Source of the DNA: an uncultured virus (IMG/VR IMGVR_UViG_3300037963_003145)
Lineage: Duplodnaviria > Heunggongvirae > Uroviricota > Caudoviricetes
Length of the DNA stretch: 64,000 nucleotides
Direction: 5' to 3' (one strand)
IMG/VR virus record: IMGVR_UViG_3300037963_003145
The position numbers and the translations under genes were made by a program. The notes below the pieces were generated by a model. It made no database searches. It saw only the letters and a program-made list of their open reading frames with translations, and was not told the origin of the DNA. Of the stretch, positions 1 to 10,630 are shown piece after piece (within the stretch, counting starts at the first letter, position 1; the number at the start of each line of letters is the position of its first letter).

Positions 1-2
1 GG

Positions 3-152
3 AAAGATTTTAACGGAGATTATCAAGCAAGGAAATCTAATAACACAACTAGAACTCCTGGAACATATCAAGCAAGGAATTCAGACAATTCAACCAGAAC
101 TCCTGCAGCATATCAGAGGAGAGATAAAGATAATAACGTTGTGTCTGCATAA
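3..152 (+). CDS. 3' end of a repeat-containing hypothetical protein (truncated by window)
   Basis: Frame 3 reads KDFNGD-YQARKSNNTTRTPGT-YQARNSDNSTRTPAA-YQRRDKDNNVVSA*; 45-nt/15-aa tandem repeats. Confidence 0.6.
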   Translation, partial: KDFNGDYQARKSNNTTRTPGTYQARNSDNSTRTPAAYQRRDKDNNVVSA

Positions 153-231
153 TCTAATTTAAGTCTTAAGCGATACAGACTTTGTTAAATAGTTGGGTAT
201 AATATGAATACCATTTACCATAGGAACTTTA

Positions 232-531
232 ATGGAAAACGAAAAACAACTATCCGATCTTAAACTGGAAAGAAAGGAGTGTGAAAAATGTGGAGCGGCG
301 TGGATCAATGGTCAACATATCTGGCGTGGCACTGGCAATACATCTGATTCTAGTGAGCTTGACCTTGCTGGTCTTGTTTGCAACAAGCTAGGTGATCATA
401 CATGCATCAATCCTATGAAAGGGAAAGATGGTGGTCAGACTTGGGAATATCGTGCTGGATATATCGACGGTATGATTACCGAGAAAAAGAGAAGTCTGGA
501 AGAACTACGAGATAAATTTGGTGACCTCTAA
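232..531 (+). CDS. Cys-rich hypothetical protein
   Basis: 99-aa ORF, CxxC-GAAWING, DLAGLVCN, CINP; AGGA RBS. Confidence 0.75.
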   Translation: MENEKQLSDLKLERKECEKCGAAWINGQHIWRGTGNTSDSSELDLAGLVCNKLGDHTCINPMKGKDGGQTWEYRAGYIDGMITEKKRSLEELRDKFGDL

Positions 532-556
532 ATAATTGTAGTTAGAATAATTTGAT

Positions 557-2203
557 GTGACTGATAGCGTATATCTTGGTAATCCTAATCTAAAGAAAGC
601 AAACACTGCAATTGAATTTACTCCCGATCAAGTTCAGGAGTTTATCAAGTGCAAAGGAGATCCTGTATATTTTGCTAGAAATTATATCAAAATTGTTTCA
701 CTTGACGAAGGTCTAGTGCCTTTCAATATGTACGATTTCCAAGAGGACATGGTACGTTGTTTTCATGAAAATAGGTTTAACATTGCGAAACTACCCCGAC
801 AAACTGGTAAGTCTACTACTGTTGTTTCTTACTTGCTTCATTATATCATATTTAACGACAATGTAAATATTGGTATTCTTGCTAACAAAGCATCTACATC
901 TAGAGAACTATTATCTCGTCTTCAGTTAGCATATGAGAATTTACCACGATGGATGCAACATGGTATTCTTGCATGGAACAAAGGTAACGTAGAACTAGAG
1001 AATGGATCTAAGATCCTTGCAGCATCAACCTCTAGTTCTGCCGTCCGAGGTATGTCATTCAATATTATTTTCTTGGACGAATTTGCGTTCGTTCCAAATC
1101 ATATTGCAGAACAGTTTTTCTCGTCTGTATATCCTACTATTTCATCTGGTAAGTCTACCAAAGTTATTATCATCTCCACCCCAAACGGGATGAACATGTT
1201 CTACAAACTCTGGCATGACGCTGAGAGGGGTAAGAACGAATATACGACTACAGAAGTACATTGGTCTCAAGTACCTGGTAGAGACGCCGACTGGAAAGAG
1301 CAGACGATTAAGAATACATCACAACGTCAGTTTACTCAGGAATTTGAATGCGAGTTCTTAGGATCTGTTGATACTCTTATCGCTGCGTCTAAACTCAGGA
1401 CTATGGTTTATGAAGAACCAATAGAGAGGAAAAATGGTTTAGATGTATATGAGTTACCCATTCCAGATCATGAATATGTAATGACAGTAGACGTGTCTAG
1501 AGGTGTCAGTAATGACTACTCAGCATTTGTTGTAGTAGATATCACAACTATTCCATATAAGGTAGTTGCAAAATACAAAAACAATAATATTAAACCATTG
1601 TTATTTCCTAATATCATACACCCAGTGGCAATGAGTTATAATCATGCATTTGTTTTATGTGAAGTAAATGATATTGGTGGACAAGTTGCAGATATTATGC
1701 AGTTCGATTTGGAGTATGACAACCTCCTTATGTGTGCAATGAGAGGACGTGCCGGACAGATTGTAGGTCAGGGATTCTCTCATAAGTCACAGTTAGGTAT
1801 TAAAATGACATCTACTGTCAAAAAGACTGGATGTTCAAACCTCAAAGCATTAATTGAAGATGATAAATTACTGATTAGTGATTATGATATTATTGCTGAA
1901 ATGACAACATTCATTCAAAAGAAACAATCATTTGAAGCTGAAGAAGGGTGTAATGATGACCTTGCTATGTGTCTTGTTATATTTGCATGGTTGTCTGTAC
2001 AAGATTATTTCAGAGAATTGACATCAGATGATGTTAGAAAAAGAATTTTTGAAGATCAAAGAGAATCTATTGAGGAAGATATGGCTCCGTTTGGGTTTAT
2101 TCTAGATGGAACTGATGAAGATAGTTTTGTGGATGAACAAGGTGATACATGGAATAAAGCAGATGAGTATGGAGACATGACGTACATGTGGGAGTATAAG
2201 TGA
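557..2203 (+). CDS. gp17: Terminase large subunit
   Basis: YLGNPNLKKA N-terminus, RQTGKST Walker A, IFLDEFAF Walker B, C-terminal nuclease DDL motif. Confidence 0.98.
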   Translation: MTDSVYLGNPNLKKANTAIEFTPDQVQEFIKCKGDPVYFARNYIKIVSLDEGLVPFNMYDFQEDMVRCFHENRFNIAKLPRQTGKSTTVVSYLLHYIIFNDNVNIGILANKASTSRELLSRLQLAYENLPRWMQHGILAWNKGNVELENGSKILAASTSSSAVRGMSFNIIFLDEFAFVPNHIAEQFFSSVYPTISSGKSTKVIIISTPNGMNMFYKLWHDAERGKNEYTTTEVHWSQVPGRDADWKEQTIKNTSQRQFTQEFECEFLGSVDTLIAASKLRTMVYEEPIERKNGLDVYELPIPDHEYVMTVDVSRGVSNDYSAFVVVDITTIPYKVVAKYKNNNIKPLLFPNIIHPVAMSYNHAFVLCEVNDIGGQVADIMQFDLEYDNLLMCAMRGRAGQIVGQGFSHKSQLGIKMTSTVKKTGCSNLKALIEDDKLLISDYDIIAEMTTFIQKKQSFEAEEGCNDDLAMCLVIFAWLSVQDYFRELTSDDVRKRIFEDQRESIEEDMAPFGFILDGTDEDSFVDEQGDTWNKADEYGDMTYMWEYK

Positions 2204-2427
2204 TGGATTTAGATGAGGAGATTTCTCTAGAACATTTATTATTTCAACAAAGAAAATGTAGAACCTGTGGAGAGGTGAAAGACCTTATGGATGGGTTTTA
2301 TTTGATACGAAAAGATAGAGGCGATATACCATCATCATATTCATATGAATGTAAGGAGTGTACAAAGAAGAGAATAATCAGAAATAGAAAAGTAGATATA
2401 GGAAACTGGAACTACCCAGACTGGTAG
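2200..2427 (+). CDS. Small zinc-ribbon hypothetical protein
   Basis: CxxC...CxxC, YPDW end; start overlaps gp17 stop. Confidence 0.75.
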   Translation: MMDLDEEISLEHLLFQQRKCRTCGEVKDLMDGFYLIRKDRGDIPSSYSYECKECTKKRIIRNRKVDIGNWNYPDW

Positions 2428-2462
2428 TGTGTTCATGCATTAGTTCCCCACTAAAAAGTCGA

Positions 2463-2470
2463 TATAAATA
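2463..2470 (+). promoter_or_regulatory. T4-type late promoter
   Basis: TATAAATA upstream of gp18; related ATAAATA boxes precede gp20, gp22, gp23 and others. Confidence 0.85.
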
Positions 2471-2508
2471 AATAGTTTTGAGAAAAAAATCTCATAGAGG
2501 TATAGAAA

Positions 2509-4773
2509 ATGACATTAGCTTCACCTGGAGTACTTGTTAAAGAAGTGGATTTTACAGCTACCGTTCAAGTAGCTGATCAGAATATTGGTGTTGTTGCTAT
2601 CGACGCAGAGCGTGGTCCTACCGATCAGGTAACTTACGTTTCGAGTGAAAGACAACTCGTAGAAACATTTGGTAATCCAAATAATAATAACTACGAATCA
2701 TGGTTTGCAGCTGCAACCCTAATTCAGTATGGTGCTGTCGTTGCGGTAATTAGACCAACTGGCGCTACAGATCTTGGTCTTAGAAATTCCAACATTAAGC
2801 AAGCTGGATCCCCAACTTCCTTATCAACACTCGTAATTAAAAACAAAGATGACTTCGAGTCAACAGTAACCAAAGATTATACTTGGGCAGCAAGAACTGC
2901 TGGAGGATTTAACAACGCTGTCAAGGTAGTAGTTGTTGACCACGGCGCTGACCAAAGAGTTACCGTCAGCGAAGGTGCTGGACAGGTACTCGATTTTGAT
3001 GGCACAACAAACGGTGGTGCAACCGCATCAAGAACCGCTGGTACATACTCAATCACCGCTACTGGTGGTGGTGGAACTGGTGCTAAGTTCTCGGTTACAA
3101 TCGCTGGAAATGGTGCTGCTACAATCCAACTAACAAGTGGTGGTTCTGGATACGCAGATGACGATGTACTAACTCTACCAAGAGCTGGTGCTTACCTAGG
3201 TGCTACAGACATCACTGTTGTTGCAAATGGTGTTGGATCCGCACTTCCTACCGCTGGAACATACGTTAAGTGGACTGGTGGTGAAGGTAACGTCTACAAG
3301 GTAGTTGGTACTAATCAACTAGAAATTACTCTATGGGATAGCACAAAGAGACTAACTGGAAACGAAGTTCTTAAAGATGCAAGTGATGCAACCATCAAGA
3401 CTGTATCCGCAATTGCAAGTAACGATGTTTACGGTGAACTAGAGTTTGCTTCAAATAGAAAGTGGTCTTCTCTTGCACCACAACCCGGAACTTCTGCTTC
3501 AGCAGCTGCTCAGGGTGGTAAGTTTGATGAAATGCATATCGCAGTTCTAGACGTTAACGGTACGGTTTCTGGAGTTCCTGGTACTGTTCTAGAAACACTC
3601 GCTTTTGCTTCTAAGGCATCTGATGCTAAGAGTGCAGAAGGATCCGCTACTTACTACAAAACAGTAGTTGCAGATCAATCAGAGTACATCTATCCTGGTG
3701 ATACAAATCCAATCGGAGATGCTGGTGCTAATCAGTTGACACTTGCAGGTACTACTGCTGGTACTAACGTCAATATTGGTACTGCACAAGGAAGTACATT
3801 CAAACTATTCAACTTTACCTCAACTGGTTCAGTTGGTTCATTGACTCTCGCTGCTGGTGCAGACTATACCTATGCAGGTAATGGTGCTGCAGCTGTTAAA
3901 TCAGGTCTAGTTTCTGGTTATGATCTAATCGAAGATCCTGAACTATTCGGTGACATCGACTTCCTAGTCCCAGGTCACATGAGTACAACAATGATTGCAA
4001 GACTAATTGCAATTGCTGAAAAGAGAAGAGATTGTGTTGTAGTTGCTTCACCAGAAAGATCTGATGTTGTTAACTCCAGTTCATCGTCAGTTAAGACTGA
4101 CAATGTAATCGCATTCTTTAGAACTCTACCAAGTTCTTCTTATGCGATGTTTGATTCTGGTTACAAGTACATCTACGATAAGTACAATGATGTTTATCGT
4201 TATGTACCATGTGCTGCTGACGTTGCTGGTCTTTGTGTTTCCACAACCAACAACGCAGAAACTTGGTTCTCACCTGCTGGATACAACAGAGGACAAGTCC
4301 GTAACGCAACCAAACTTGCATACAGTCCAAAACAGGCTGAAAGAGATAGACTCTACACCGACAGAATCAACCCAATCGTTGCATTCCCAGGTCAGGGTAT
4401 CGTATTGTTCGGTGATAAAACCGCTCTTGCATCTCCTTCCGCATTCGACAGAATTAACGTTCGTCGCCTATTCATTGAACTTGAGAAGAACATTGCGAAC
4501 TTCTCCAAATATCAACTATTTGAAATTAATGATGAACTCACAAGATCTGGATTCAGATCTGCTATCGAACCTTATCTAAGAGGTGTTCAAGGTAGAAGAG
4601 GTATCTATGATTTCCTAGTTGTTTGTGACACAACAAACAACACTGCAGATGTTATTGACAGAAATGAGTTAGTTGCTGAAATCTTCATCAAACCAGCTCG
4701 TACAATTAACTATATTACTATCACGTTTGTCGCCACTAGAACTGGTGTTTCGTTCAACGAACTTACAAACTAA
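2509..4773 (+). CDS. gp18: Tail sheath protein
   Basis: LASPGVLVKEVD start; WFSPAG, GDKT, FDRINVRRLF, IFIKPAR motifs. Confidence 0.98.
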   Translation: MTLASPGVLVKEVDFTATVQVADQNIGVVAIDAERGPTDQVTYVSSERQLVETFGNPNNNNYESWFAAATLIQYGAVVAVIRPTGATDLGLRNSNIKQAGSPTSLSTLVIKNKDDFESTVTKDYTWAARTAGGFNNAVKVVVVDHGADQRVTVSEGAGQVLDFDGTTNGGATASRTAGTYSITATGGGGTGAKFSVTIAGNGAATIQLTSGGSGYADDDVLTLPRAGAYLGATDITVVANGVGSALPTAGTYVKWTGGEGNVYKVVGTNQLEITLWDSTKRLTGNEVLKDASDATIKTVSAIASNDVYGELEFASNRKWSSLAPQPGTSASAAAQGGKFDEMHIAVLDVNGTVSGVPGTVLETLAFASKASDAKSAEGSATYYKTVVADQSEYIYPGDTNPIGDAGANQLTLAGTTAGTNVNIGTAQGSTFKLFNFTSTGSVGSLTLAAGADYTYAGNGAAAVKSGLVSGYDLIEDPELFGDIDFLVPGHMSTTMIARLIAIAEKRRDCVVVASPERSDVVNSSSSSVKTDNVIAFFRTLPSSSYAMFDSGYKYIYDKYNDVYRYVPCAADVAGLCVSTTNNAETWFSPAGYNRGQVRNATKLAYSPKQAERDRLYTDRINPIVAFPGQGIVLFGDKTALASPSAFDRINVRRLFIELEKNIANFSKYQLFEINDELTRSGFRSAIEPYLRGVQGRRGIYDFLVVCDTTNNTADVIDRNELVAEIFIKPARTINYITITFVATRTGVSFNELTN

Positions 4774-4814
4774 TTCGTTCCCTTTCGCTAAATTACACTA
4801 GGAGATAAAGAAAA

Positions 4815-5456
4815 ATGGCAAGAGGTATTTCAGAGTTTAAGACTAAACTCATCAATGGTGGCGCAAGGCCTAATCTGTTCTTGGTCCGCCTCAACTTCCC
4901 AACAACGCTCAATACAATCGCTGATATTGAATCAGTAGATTCATCAAACGTTATTACAGAAAGAGCAGAATTCCTTGTGAAGACTGCTCAACTACCCGCA
5001 TCAACGATCGGAACAATCGATGTTCCTTTCAGAGGTAGAATGCTCAAGGTTGCTGGAGACAGAACCTTTGAACCATGGTCCGTAACTGTTGTCAATGACG
5101 GTCAGTTCGGTATCCGTAAAGCGTTTGAAACCTGGTCAAGAGGTATCAATGCACTAACTGAAAACGTATCACAACTTGGTTTTGGTGATGACAATCCTGG
5201 TTACTGTGTAGACCTTGAGGTCTTCCAACTAGGTAGAGATCAACAGAAACCAAACAAGACCCCACAGTCAATGACTGCTCAGGGTCGCGATGGTATGGAA
5301 GTTATCCGTGCATATAAGTTCTACGATGCATGGCCTTCTTCACTATCTGCAATCGATCTCTCTTATGAGTCGAATGATCAGATTGAAGAATTCACCGTAG
5401 AATTCCAGTATAACTACTATGAAGTCTCTAAGGCAAGCCTCGATACTGGGGTTTGA
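4815..5456 (+). CDS. gp19: Tail tube protein
   Basis: GGARPNLF, FRGRMLKVAGDRTFEPW, IEEFTVEFQY. Confidence 0.97.
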   Translation: MARGISEFKTKLINGGARPNLFLVRLNFPTTLNTIADIESVDSSNVITERAEFLVKTAQLPASTIGTIDVPFRGRMLKVAGDRTFEPWSVTVVNDGQFGIRKAFETWSRGINALTENVSQLGFGDDNPGYCVDLEVFQLGRDQQKPNKTPQSMTAQGRDGMEVIRAYKFYDAWPSSLSAIDLSYESNDQIEEFTVEFQYNYYEVSKASLDTGV

Positions 5457-5487
5457 TAAATAATAGGGAAAGATTAGACTTTATACT

Positions 5488-7131
5488 ATGACTCAGTTAT
5501 TTGGGTTCTCAATTGAGGAGCGCAAGAAGAAAGAAAAACTTTACTCACCCGCTCCTCCAAATAATGATGAAGGCACCAGCACAGTTGCTGCAGGTGCCTA
5601 CTTTGGTCAATATGTAGATCTTGATGGCATTCCTAAAAATAATAATGATTTTGAGTTAATCAAAAAGTACAGGGAGATTGCACTCCACCCAGAGTGTGAT
5701 AGTGCTATTGATGATATCATCAATGAATCTATTAGTAGTGACTTAGACTTTGCTCCCGTAAATATTGAGCTGTCTAACTTGGAAGTTGGTGATAAGATTA
5801 AGAAACAGATTAGAGAAGAATTTAGACTCATTCTTAAGTTATTGGATTTTGATAAGAAGTGTCATGATATTTTCCGTCGTTGGTATATCGATGGTAGAAT
5901 GCACTACCATAAAATGATTGACTTTGAAAATCCTCAAGAAGGAATCAAAGAACTAAGATATATTGATGCGCTTAAAATTAAAAAGGTTAGAGAAGTTGTA
6001 AAGAAAAAAGCAACTATCGATAACGTAGAAAAAGGACCAAACGGAGAAAGGTTTGATTATGGAGAAGTACTTGAATACTATATGTACTTCCCACACGGAT
6101 ATAAAGCACAACAAGCAAAAGGATTGAAGATTGCTAATGATGCAATCTGTTCCGTTAACTCTGGTTTGATGGATCATAACAGAAACACTGTTCTATCATT
6201 CCTACACAAAGCAATTAAATCTGTCAATCAACTCCGCATGATTGAAGATAGTCTTGTTATCTATAGATTGTCACGTGCTCCAGAACGCCGTATTTTCTAT
6301 ATTGATGTTGGTAATCTACCTAAGATGAAAGCGGAACAATACCTCAGAGAGGTTATGAATCGCTATCGTAATAAGTTAGTTTATGATTCAAACACTGGTG
6401 AAGTTCGTGATGATCGTAAGCATATGAGTATGCTTGAAGACTTCTGGTTACCACGTAGAGAAGGTGGTCGTGGCACTGAAATTACAACTCTACCTGGTGG
6501 TCAGAACCTTGGAGAACTAGAAGACGTTAAGTATTTCCAGAAGAAACTCTACAAGTCATTGAACATTCCACTTTCAAGACTAGAGCAAGAATCGTCTTTC
6601 ACTATTGGAAGAACAAATGAAATTACCCGTGATGAACTTAAGTTTGCTAAGTTTGTTGGTCGTCTCCGCAAAAAATTCTCCGAACTATTTCACGATCTTT
6701 TAAAGACTCAATTGGTACTTAAAGGTATCATGACCCTAGAAGATTGGGAAGAATTAAAAGAAAATATCCAATATGATTTCATCTTTGACAATCATTTTAC
6801 AGAATTAAAAGATAATGAACTTCTAACTGAGAGATTAAATTCTGTTGGAATGATTGAACCATACCTCGGCAAATATTTCTCTGCAGAGTATGTCCGCAAA
6901 CAAGTTCTTCACTTTACTGATGAGGAAATTGAGGAAATGGATATTCAAATTGAGAAAGAGAAATCACTTGGAATTATTCAAGATCCCATGGCAATGATGG
7001 GTGATGAAATGGGCGGTGGTCAACTTCCTCCAGCGGAAGGTGGTGCGGAAAATGGTGGAGGTGGAGGTGACTTAGATAGTGCTTTTGCTGCTGCCATCTC
7101 ACCTTCTGACTATAACAAAGGAAATATTTGA
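5488..7131 (+). CDS. gp20: Portal protein
   Basis: RAPERRIFYIDVGNLPK, EDFWLPRREGGRGTEITTLPGGQ. Confidence 0.99.
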   Translation: MTQLFGFSIEERKKKEKLYSPAPPNNDEGTSTVAAGAYFGQYVDLDGIPKNNNDFELIKKYREIALHPECDSAIDDIINESISSDLDFAPVNIELSNLEVGDKIKKQIREEFRLILKLLDFDKKCHDIFRRWYIDGRMHYHKMIDFENPQEGIKELRYIDALKIKKVREVVKKKATIDNVEKGPNGERFDYGEVLEYYMYFPHGYKAQQAKGLKIANDAICSVNSGLMDHNRNTVLSFLHKAIKSVNQLRMIEDSLVIYRLSRAPERRIFYIDVGNLPKMKAEQYLREVMNRYRNKLVYDSNTGEVRDDRKHMSMLEDFWLPRREGGRGTEITTLPGGQNLGELEDVKYFQKKLYKSLNIPLSRLEQESSFTIGRTNEITRDELKFAKFVGRLRKKFSELFHDLLKTQLVLKGIMTLEDWEELKENIQYDFIFDNHFTELKDNELLTERLNSVGMIEPYLGKYFSAEYVRKQVLHFTDEEIEEMDIQIEKEKSLGIIQDPMAMMGDEMGGGQLPPAEGGAENGGGGGDLDSAFAAAISPSDYNKGNI

Positions 7132-7160
7132 TAAATAAAAGAGTAGGTTGATTATACATT

Positions 7161-7424
7161 ATGACTACACCATCAAAAGAAATTGTTGACGCGATTCTAA
7201 GCAAAGATAATTTCAATGCTAACGAAAAAATTTATGATGCTCTTTACGGAAAAAGTTCTGAGCAATTACAGGCTCGCAAGGTAGAAATTGCGAAACACTT
7301 CTTTGATCCTGATGCTGAAAAGACTCAGGACTCTGAAACTAACCTCGCGGATGAAACTCCAGAGGCGTCTGTTGATAATGAAGAACCTGAAGAACAAGAA
7401 CCCGAGGAAACAACAGAACAATGA
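7161..7424 (+). CDS. Small acidic prohead core protein (gp67/68-like by position)
   Basis: Acidic C-terminus; lies between gp20 and gp21. Confidence 0.65.
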   Translation: MTTPSKEIVDAILSKDNFNANEKIYDALYGKSSEQLQARKVEIAKHFFDPDAEKTQDSETNLADETPEASVDNEEPEEQEPEETTEQ

Positions 7425-8074
7425 AACTTATCTCCGAAGAAATTGTAGACGTTCAGTTTATTACCGAAGAATCTAGCGGTAAGAAGAGTCACTTTATTGA
7501 GGGAGTATTCCTTCAATCAGATATCAGAAACCGCAACGGTAGGATGTATCCTTTCGATACTCTAAACCGTGAAGTTTCCAAGTATAACGAAAGCTACATT
7601 CAAAGAGGTAGGGCCTTGGGTGAACTTGGTCATCCTGATGGTCCAACCATCAATTTAGATCGAGTATCACATAAAATCGTATCATTACGCGCTGAGGGTA
7701 AGAACTTTATCGGTAAAGCAAAACTTCTCGAAACCCCAATGGGTAAAATCGCGAAGAACTTGTTAGACGAGGGAGTAAAACTTGGCGTATCTTCTAGAGG
7801 ACTTGGATCCATTGAAAGGAAGGGTGATGTCAATATCGTTAAAGATGATTTTATGCTCTCTACTGCTGCAGATATTGTAGCAGATCCTTCCGCACCTGAT
7901 GCTTTTGTTGAAGGTATCATGGAAGGAACGGAGTGGGTTTGGGATAATGGAATCTGGCAACATTCAGATTTAGAGAAAGCCAAGCACCACATCGAGTCTT
8001 CTTCTATGAACGACTTGACGGATAGGAAGTTAAAAGTGTTTGAGAGCTTCCTTCGTAACTTAAAAATTTCATAA
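7421..8074 (+). CDS. gp21: Prohead protease
   Basis: ALGELGHP, GVSSRGLGS, DIVADPSAPDA. Confidence 0.97.
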   Translation: MKLISEEIVDVQFITEESSGKKSHFIEGVFLQSDIRNRNGRMYPFDTLNREVSKYNESYIQRGRALGELGHPDGPTINLDRVSHKIVSLRAEGKNFIGKAKLLETPMGKIAKNLLDEGVKLGVSSRGLGSIERKGDVNIVKDDFMLSTAADIVADPSAPDAFVEGIMEGTEWVWDNGIWQHSDLEKAKHHIESSSMNDLTDRKLKVFESFLRNLKIS

Positions 8075-8112
8075 ATATTATTAGAAAATACCATTTTCTT
8101 CGAGGAGAAACC

Positions 8113-9132
8113 ATGTCCGAACAAAATATTGAACTAGAGGAATCTTCGGTAACTGCTAACGCAAAAGCCGGTGATCCTATGCCAAAGATTGACAACACTG
8201 TACCAGGTCAGACTGGTTCTGCTGAAGATCTTGGTGGTCCACTAACTAAGCCTTCACCAGGTACTGAAGAAACACCAGGTAAGAAAGTTTCTGCGAAAGC
8301 ATCGAAAGTTTCAAACGTGGTTAACAAGACTGGCGGCGCACAAGATCCAATGCCAACCCTTCAAGGTTCCGCACCTGGACAAAAAGGCGTTAAGGAAGAG
8401 ACCGAAGAAGTAGAAGAAATCAAAATCGATGTCGCTCAAGACGTTGAAGCACTTCTACAAGGAGAAGAATTCTCCGACGAGTTTAAATTCAAAGCAGCAA
8501 CCATTTTTGAAGCCGCTGTTAAAGCAAAGGTTGTTGAAGAAGTAGAAAAAATTCAAAAGACTTTTGAAGAAAAGCTTCAGCAAGAAGTTGCTGAGGTTAA
8601 GGAGTCCGTCGAAACTAGAGTTGAATCACATCTTGACTACGTTGCAGAACAATGGGTCAAGGAAAATCAACTCGCGGTTGACAACGGTCTCCGCAGTGAA
8701 TTGAGTGAAGAGTTCATCCTTGGCCTCAAGGGACTCTTTGAACAACATTATGTCGATATCCCTGAAGATAAGTATGACGTTCTCGGAGAAATGTCCGAGA
8801 AACTAGATCAAATGGAAGTCAAACTCAACGAGCAAATCGAAACAAACGTTGAGCTCAATTCGACTCTCGGAACTTACATTAAAAATGGAGTAATTGCAGA
8901 TATTTCCGAAGGTCTTGCTCAGACACAAAAAGAAAAGCTTGCCTCTCTCGCAGAAGGTGTTGAGTTCGTTAGTGAAGAATCTTATCGTGAAAAGATCGAA
9001 ACGATCAAGGAAAACTATTTCCCCAAAACACAAGCATCTTCTTCTGAGGATCTTGTAACAGAAACTCAAGTAATCGCGGAAGAAGGTCCAATGGCTGCGT
9101 ATGCCGCTGCACTTTCCAAGTGGTCTAAGTGA
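8113..9132 (+). CDS. gp22: Prohead core scaffold protein
   Basis: KAATIFEAA, YLDYV-like EQW segment; E-rich coiled coil; synteny. Confidence 0.95.
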   Translation: MSEQNIELEESSVTANAKAGDPMPKIDNTVPGQTGSAEDLGGPLTKPSPGTEETPGKKVSAKASKVSNVVNKTGGAQDPMPTLQGSAPGQKGVKEETEEVEEIKIDVAQDVEALLQGEEFSDEFKFKAATIFEAAVKAKVVEEVEKIQKTFEEKLQQEVAEVKESVETRVESHLDYVAEQWVKENQLAVDNGLRSELSEEFILGLKGLFEQHYVDIPEDKYDVLGEMSEKLDQMEVKLNEQIETNVELNSTLGTYIKNGVIADISEGLAQTQKEKLASLAEGVEFVSEESYREKIETIKENYFPKTQASSSEDLVTETQVIAEEGPMAAYAAALSKWSK

Positions 9133-9190
9133 GTTTTTCCATAAATAATTCAGATTCCTAACATAACAAACAATAAGGAGAACATCCCAA

Positions 9191-10561
9191 ATGTATAATT
9201 CAGAATCCCTTCAAGAGAAGTGGGCTCCCGTACTCGAGCACTCTGGTCTTGATAACATCAAAGATAATCACAGACGTGCAGTCACCGCTGTACTTCTAGA
9301 GAACCAAGAGCGCTTCATGCGTGAAGAGCGTGGTCTCGTAACTGAAGCAGCACCAACCAACTCTGCTGGTACTGGTGGTTTCTCAGGTTCAGCTGCTCTA
9401 CCTAACCAAGGTTTTGACCCTGTTCTAATCAGTCTTATCCGCCGTTCTATGCCTAAGTTGATGGCATATGACATCTGCGGTGTCCAACCAATGTCTGGTC
9501 CTACTGGACTCATCTTTGCAATGCGCTCCCACCGTGGCACTGACCGCGATGGTAACGGTGCAACTCCAAACGTATTCACCAACGAAGCATTCTACAACGA
9601 GACTCCTTCTGGATTCTCTGCAGACGACGGTGCATATTCTGCTGCAACTGGTGAGAACGCAACCAACCCTGCAGTTCTTAACGCATCATCACCTGGTGAT
9701 TATGCTGCTGTCGGCGGTATGAACACCGCTACTCAGGAAGCACTTGGATCTTCTGCTGGAACCGCTTTCCGCGAGATGTCATTCTCGATCGAGAAAGTTG
9801 CTGTTGAAGCAAAAGGTCGCGCTCTAAAAGCTGAGTACTCACTAGAACTCGCTCAAGACCTCAAGGCGATCCATGGTCTTGACGCTGAAGCAGAACTTGC
9901 TAACATTCTTTCTGCTGAAGTTCTTGCTGAAATCAACCGCGAAGTCGTTCGTACCATCTACGTAACTGCTAAGCCTGGTGCTCAGAACAACGTTGCTAAC
10001 GCAGGTTCATTCGACCTTGACGTTGACTCCAACGGTCGCTGGATGGCAGAGAAGTTCAAAGGACTTATCTACCAGATTGAAAGAGATGCTAACGCGATCG
10101 GTCAAGAGACTCGTCGCGGGAAGGGCAACTTCATCGTCTGTTCTGCAGACGTTGCAAGTGCTCTAGGTATGGCAGGCGTTCTTGACTACGCTCCTGCTCT
10201 TGGTGGTAACAACGGTCTAACCGGCGTTGACGACACCGAGTCCACTCTAGTTGGTACTCTTAACGGTCGTATCAAGGTCTATGTTGACCCATATTCTGCT
10301 AACATTGCAGATGACCACTTCTATGTCATGGGTTATAAGGGTACTTCTGCATATGATGCAGGTCTCTTCTACTGCCCATACGTTCCTCTCCAGATGGTCC
10401 GCTCCATCGGTCAGGACACCTTCCAACCAAAGATTGGTTTCAAGACTCGCTACGGCATGGTCGCGAACCCATTCTCCCGTGGAACTACTCAGTCGAGCAA
10501 TGCTCTTACTGCAAACGCGAACAACTACTACAGACGTACTCGCGTTCTCAACCTTATGTGA
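9191..10561 (+). CDS. gp23: Major capsid protein
   Basis: GVQPMSGPTGLIFAMR, LKAEYSLELAQDLKAIHGLDAE, FQPKIGFKTRYG. Confidence 0.99.
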   Translation: MYNSESLQEKWAPVLEHSGLDNIKDNHRRAVTAVLLENQERFMREERGLVTEAAPTNSAGTGGFSGSAALPNQGFDPVLISLIRRSMPKLMAYDICGVQPMSGPTGLIFAMRSHRGTDRDGNGATPNVFTNEAFYNETPSGFSADDGAYSAATGENATNPAVLNASSPGDYAAVGGMNTATQEALGSSAGTAFREMSFSIEKVAVEAKGRALKAEYSLELAQDLKAIHGLDAEAELANILSAEVLAEINREVVRTIYVTAKPGAQNNVANAGSFDLDVDSNGRWMAEKFKGLIYQIERDANAIGQETRRGKGNFIVCSADVASALGMAGVLDYAPALGGNNGLTGVDDTESTLVGTLNGRIKVYVDPYSANIADDHFYVMGYKGTSAYDAGLFYCPYVPLQMVRSIGQDTFQPKIGFKTRYGMVANPFSRGTTQSSNALTANANNYYRRTRVLNLM

Positions 10562-10582
10562 TCCATTCTTCACATATTTCTG

Positions 10583-10610
10583 GAGGGTCCCAAAGGGGCC
10601 CTCTTTTTTT
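10583..10610 (+). terminator. Intrinsic terminator after gp23, followed by late promoter TATAAATA (10610-10617)
   Basis: GAGGGTCCC-AAA-GGGGCCCTC + T7. Confidence 0.9.
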
Positions 10611-10630
10611 ATAAATAGTTCCAAAACGTT

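Noticed and set aside
21..137. CRISPR-like array
   Set aside because: Repeats are contiguous, degenerate and codon-phased; no spacers or cas genes.
7630..8124. Long antisense ORFs over core genes (also 10247, 24114, 34178, 37416)
   Set aside because: Shadow ORFs of conserved + strand genes; no RBS or motifs.
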